A DNA stretch of 64,000 bases. Origin: a virus. A program made the translations under genes and the position numbers. Below, piece by piece: positions 60,186 to 64,000 of this stretch (the first letter of the stretch is position 1; each line of letters begins with the position of its first letter). The stretch covers positions 32,001 to 96,000 of the IMG/VR virus record IMGVR_UViG_3300025875_000003; one strand, written 5' to 3'. A model generated the notes under the pieces. The model ran no database searches. It was not told the origin of the DNA and worked only from the letters and a program-made list of their open reading frames with translations.

Positions 60186-60217
60186 AGAAGGCCCCTCACT
60201 TCGGTGGGGGGCCTTCT
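60186..60217 (+). terminator. terminator after the capsid gene
   Basis: AGAAGGCCCCTCAC-TTCG-GTGGGGGGCCTTCT. Confidence 0.75.
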
Positions 60218-60317
60218 TGGTAAGTACCTGTGGAGCGTGTAATACTAAGAGTTTTGCGCTATCATAGATATGTCCTAAACACGGTCAACGGCGTAAAGCC
60301 GAAGGAGAGTATGACTC

Positions 60318-60959
60318 ATGGCCAATAGCCCCCGCACTAAGTCCACTCCCTCTCCTGCCCCCGCAGCCGGGGGTGAGGTCGCGGATTTTGATGCTCTGCT
60401 GGAAACCACTCCAGACACGCCCGTAGAGGAAAGTGAAGAGCAGCGTAAGATCCGAGAGTTGGAAGCAGAACTGGCTCAACCTCTTCCTGAGCCTGAGGAA
60501 GATTTCATTCCTACGGAGAAGTTGAGTCCCGAGCAGCAGAGAATCAGGGAACTAGAAGACCTTATCGCTCGCAGAAACGCGGAGATCGAGCAGCGCAAGG
60601 CGGCTTCTTTCCAACAGGTAGATGCAGAGGGCAGAGATACCATCCTCTTCCATGTCCTGAAGGATGGCTTTACTGTCAATGGGACCGTGTTTTATCGAGG
60701 CCAAGAAGTGGAGTTCGTGGTCGGCTCCAAGGCTTACGAGGACACCAAGGACCGTAATGGAAGCACGTTTCTAGATCTAGTCAATGATGTTCGGGGCCAA
60801 TATCAGCGCTGGGGAGCGCAGTACGTGGCTCCCGGCCCCTGGCCTTTTGAGCAGTGGGGGTCCACTGCTGGTCTGACAGATGCTGATGAGATCGAGGCGG
60901 CACAGAAGGCCGCTGAGGCAGAACGTCGTCGGGGTCGCGCGGCTCCGGTTATTCGCTGA
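60318..60959 (+). CDS. hypothetical protein (acidic coiled-coil N-terminal half)
   Basis: AAGGAG RBS; two QRKIRELE-like repeats. Confidence 0.75.
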   Translation: MANSPRTKSTPSPAPAAGGEVADFDALLETTPDTPVEESEEQRKIRELEAELAQPLPEPEEDFIPTEKLSPEQQRIRELEDLIARRNAEIEQRKAASFQQVDAEGRDTILFHVLKDGFTVNGTVFYRGQEVEFVVGSKAYEDTKDRNGSTFLDLVNDVRGQYQRWGAQYVAPGPWPFEQWGSTAGLTDADEIEAAQKAAEAERRRGRAAPVIR

Positions 60960-60977
60960 GCGTTTTAGGAGAGCAGC

Positions 60978-61505
60978 GTGGCTGAGTATCCCGCATTGAA
61001 TAAGGGTGACCTGAGTAGGTTTTCGGGGCGTCCTACTGCTGCGTACGGTAATGCAGGCGCTTTGCGCACTGCTATTACTCAGGCCACGCTGCTCTTCAAG
61101 ATTGCTACGTGCCGTTCTGACTTTCCTGATAACGAGCAGGATGCAGAATTGGCTACCATGGCCATTGCCGCATACGCGGACCACATCTATCTGAGGTTGC
61201 CCTTTGCCAAGGCAGAGGCCAGCCCATTCTCGTCCGAGTCTCTTGGTTCTTACTCTTACTCCAAGTCCGCGTCCGCTGCGGCCAAGGGAGACAAGACCGG
61301 AATCATGTGGTTCGATCTGGCTGTGGATAGGCTTAGTCAGTGTGACATTTCAGATGGAGTTCCCACGCACGGCGGCGTTGAGATCTTCGAACACGACGCT
61401 CCTATGGTCCGCTCTGGTGAAAGTGGGCTGAGAATGTTGTCTCCGCAGGATCTTTCGTACCATGAGGCGCACGTGCACGATCCTCTACCCAACGGGGTGT
61501 ACTGA
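60978..61505 (+). CDS. head-to-tail adaptor
   Basis: SESLGSYSYS motif; position. Confidence 0.75.
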   Translation: MAEYPALNKGDLSRFSGRPTAAYGNAGALRTAITQATLLFKIATCRSDFPDNEQDAELATMAIAAYADHIYLRLPFAKAEASPFSSESLGSYSYSKSASAAAKGDKTGIMWFDLAVDRLSQCDISDGVPTHGGVEIFEHDAPMVRSGESGLRMLSPQDLSYHEAHVHDPLPNGVY

Positions 61506-61927
61506 TGCAGCACTTGTACGCCTCGGTGGTGCGCCTAGAGCGCATGAACATGACTCAGGCTAACGGTGTGGCCACCATGTCCTGGAACGTCGTCCCTGGG
61601 GGCGAATACGTGCCTTGTCGGCTGGACCTGAACTTCTTGCGTCCGGGAAAGGACATTGCTCCTGCTCCAGTAGCGGGTAAGGCCCCTGATCGCATCGGGC
61701 TTCTCATCTGTGATGAGGATGTTCCTGTGAAGGCAGGAGACAGGATCGTATCCATTCCGGGAGATGACGGAGAGGTTGCTGTCCCGGGCACGTTCGAGAT
61801 TCGTGTCATTCCGGACAGGGTGGTGGGGTATGCGTCGGCCCATCACTTGGAGATCCAGATTCTAGAAACCAATCAGGCTCTGGAAGATGTCTGGCCCGGC
61901 GACGAAGACTTGGACGGATTGCTGTGA
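61505..61927 (+). CDS. head-to-tail stopper
   Basis: position; beta-rich; GDRI..HHLEIQ. Confidence 0.65.
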   Translation: MQHLYASVVRLERMNMTQANGVATMSWNVVPGGEYVPCRLDLNFLRPGKDIAPAPVAGKAPDRIGLLICDEDVPVKAGDRIVSIPGDDGEVAVPGTFEIRVIPDRVVGYASAHHLEIQILETNQALEDVWPGDEDLDGLL

Positions 61928-62292
61928 TCAAAATTATCAGTGATTACAGTGAGATAGAGGCTGAGTTGGACAGGCTGGAAGTTCAGCCGTCTTCCAAGGT
62001 TATTGCTTTGCTGGAATCAGTTCTATCCACGGGCTTTGCTGCAACTCTTGCTGCCGTTCACGTAGACACGGGCTCTTTGAAGTCTTCGGCCAAGCGGGAC
62101 TCCACCGTAGATTTTTCTCGCAACCGCTGGGAGGGCACCATTAGGTTTGGTGGTCCTTCTGCTGGAGTGAACAACCCAGTAGATTACGCCATTTATGAGA
62201 AGGCGCGTGACGGCGCACACGACTTTATGTCTCCTCTACCCGCACTTGATCCCATGTACGTGGCAAGCATCAAGGAGGGGCTAGGTAGATGA
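61924..62292 (+). CDS. HK97 gp10-like neck/tail completion protein
   Basis: VHVDTGSLKSS, YAIYE. Confidence 0.7.
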   Translation: MIKIISDYSEIEAELDRLEVQPSSKVIALLESVLSTGFAATLAAVHVDTGSLKSSAKRDSTVDFSRNRWEGTIRFGGPSAGVNNPVDYAIYEKARDGAHDFMSPLPALDPMYVASIKEGLGR

Positions 62293-62849
62293 CGAGATTG
62301 ACGCTGGCCGCACGTAATCTTCTCGTTCAGGTGCCTGAGGTGCAGGCTCTGAGAGAGATGGGCCGCATTGGTCGAGGAGCCACGTGGCCCGATGGCTGGA
62401 TTTTTGATTCTCGGCCATATGCCACCATCGAGCAATATTCCCGCAAGGCACTCGTAGTCATCTCGTACGCAGGGACGTGGATGGCTCCTAACGAGCACAA
62501 TAGTGCACACTTCCACCGGCTGTACGTGGACATCTGGGCATCTCCGACAAGATTGCCTGACGGCACGCCAGAGCGTGAAGACGCAGACATGCTCATTGAG
62601 ACGGTATGGGAAGCCCTGTCTACGCACTTGCACACCGTCAATCGAGACGTGCCCTCTGATGGCTCTGTGAGCCCTCTCCTGGGGCTTCCGGGCCATCCCC
62701 GGGTGTGGGGTACTGCTGAGGAGATCGAAGCCCGTACAGGCGTTGTGGTGTTGGGCTCTCAGCAGTTGGGAGAGCCTGATCTATCCGATGTTCGTGATGG
62801 TAACGGTGCTCGCATGGGTCGATACGTCATTGGTGTCCAAACTATCTAA
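62289..62849 (+). CDS. tail terminator-like protein
   Basis: position; LYVDIWA. Confidence 0.6.
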   Translation: MTRLTLAARNLLVQVPEVQALREMGRIGRGATWPDGWIFDSRPYATIEQYSRKALVVISYAGTWMAPNEHNSAHFHRLYVDIWASPTRLPDGTPEREDADMLIETVWEALSTHLHTVNRDVPSDGSVSPLLGLPGHPRVWGTAEEIEARTGVVVLGSQQLGEPDLSDVRDGNGARMGRYVIGVQTI

Positions 62850-62885
62850 TTTCTAAATCAATCGCTAGAGACCCTGGAGGTCCGT

Positions 62886-63989
62886 ATGCGTGTTCTGGTC
62901 CAGATTCCTCTTAGTACATTTTCGGGTTACGGCCAAGATGGGTTGGGTCTTACACGTGCCCTGATGCGTAGAGGTGTAGATGTTTACCTACTGCCTACGG
63001 CGGTGCAAGCCCCGTTGCCGCCTGATGTGGCAATGTTGCTCACCAAGGAGACCAAGGGGCCTTTCGATCTTGGAATTGTTCATGTGGACCCCATTAGTAT
63101 GAAGGTGACCCAGGAGTTTAAGGATTCCTGTGACATGCTCATCGGGTGGTCTATGTGGGAGTATTCAAATCTTCGTAATGCTCCGGGGCGCTCTACGCTT
63201 CGCAAGCGTTTGAAGTATCTGGATGCCATGGTGGGATATGACCGGGTGTCATCTGAAGGATTTCGTGAGTTCTTCAAGGGGCCAGTACTTACTCAGCAGG
63301 GTGGCTATGAGCCCTCTGATTGGAAGTTCATGGAACGTGACTGGCATTCAGATGAATTTTACTTTTGCCAGATTGGCGTACTCTCTGACCGCAAGAATCC
63401 ATTCGCTTCCGTGCAAGCCTTCGGTGCAGCCAAGAACGAGGACGCTGAGTTCGACAAGCACGCACGTCTGATGATGAAGACTTCAGTACCGGGTCTGCAC
63501 TCCAAGATGGAGGATTTGTATCCTGGGTTGCGTATTTTTTATGATGCGTGGCCCGTAGAGACCGTCCGGGAGTTCTACCGATCCAGCCATGTTCTTCTAG
63601 CCCCATCGCGCGGGGAAGGCAAGAACATGCCTGCCCTTGAAATGATGAGTACGGGAGGGACGGTCATCGCAACGAATTGGGGGGGCCACCAGGAATGGCT
63701 TCATCCAGACTATGCTTACCCTCTGGATTATACATTGACTCCAGTGGCAGGGTTTCCAGAGACTTACAATGCTAGTGCCGATGTGGATCATTTGAAGAAT
63801 CTCATGCTCCATGCGTTCCACAATCGTGGCGAGGTTCAGCGCAAGGGTGAGGTGGCGTCCCAGATTATCCCGGCTATTTCTTCTTGGGACACTGTGGTCT
63901 CTAGGTTGTTTGAGAAGTTGCAGGACGTTCCAGGTGGCACTGAACTGAAGATCAAGGCCGATATGGCTCTCAGAGGAGCACAGCAATGA
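62886..63989 (+). CDS. GT-B (family 4-like) glycosyltransferase
   Basis: SGYGQDG, DRKN, PSRGEGKNMPALEMM, IATNWGG. Confidence 0.88.
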   Translation: MRVLVQIPLSTFSGYGQDGLGLTRALMRRGVDVYLLPTAVQAPLPPDVAMLLTKETKGPFDLGIVHVDPISMKVTQEFKDSCDMLIGWSMWEYSNLRNAPGRSTLRKRLKYLDAMVGYDRVSSEGFREFFKGPVLTQQGGYEPSDWKFMERDWHSDEFYFCQIGVLSDRKNPFASVQAFGAAKNEDAEFDKHARLMMKTSVPGLHSKMEDLYPGLRIFYDAWPVETVREFYRSSHVLLAPSRGEGKNMPALEMMSTGGTVIATNWGGHQEWLHPDYAYPLDYTLTPVAGFPETYNASADVDHLKNLMLHAFHNRGEVQRKGEVASQIIPAISSWDTVVSRLFEKLQDVPGGTELKIKADMALRGAQQ

Positions 63990-64000
63990 AGACCATAGAA

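Overview
This window is 64 kb of a large, GC-rich tailed phage, most likely an actinobacteriophage (inferred from gene content, codon style, GGAGG ribosome-binding sites and leaderless starts). (1) 1-23.2 kb is an accessory/early region of about 65 short rightward genes. It is punctuated by ten near-identical 30-bp promoters with a conserved spacer, plus two variant copies. It encodes a dCMP deaminase, two metallophosphoesterases (one SbcD/Mre11-like), an HD nucleotidase, a LuxR-type HTH, a metacaspase, an Orn-like exonuclease and nicotinamidase PncA. (2) 23.3-32.1 kb holds a lone tRNA-Leu and a displaced fibre/depolymerase/adhesin module. (3) 32.1-36.1 kb is a leftward operon (beta clamp, Cas4/RecB-like nuclease, primase-less ColE2-type Rep fragment) divergent from an HNH nuclease that shares its C-terminal HTH. 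(4) 36.2-38.7 kb is an array of 17 canonical and 2 atypical tRNAs (one with a CUA anticodon), an HNH gene and structured spacers. (5) 38.8-41.4 kb has an SbcC C-terminal half, DnaX and a methyltransferase. (6) 41.4-64 kb is the head/neck module: terminase with a LAGLIDADG intein, portal, MuF, a 2806-aa kinase-containing protein, protease/scaffold, decoration, major capsid, head-tail proteins and a glycosyltransferase. The best candidates for new biology are the Rep-fragment/HNH pair around a 47-bp hairpin element duplicated 31 kb away, the giant kinase/ART-like head-module protein, the metacaspase cassette, and the tRNA-array oddities. All assignments come from motifs read by eye; no database searches were run.
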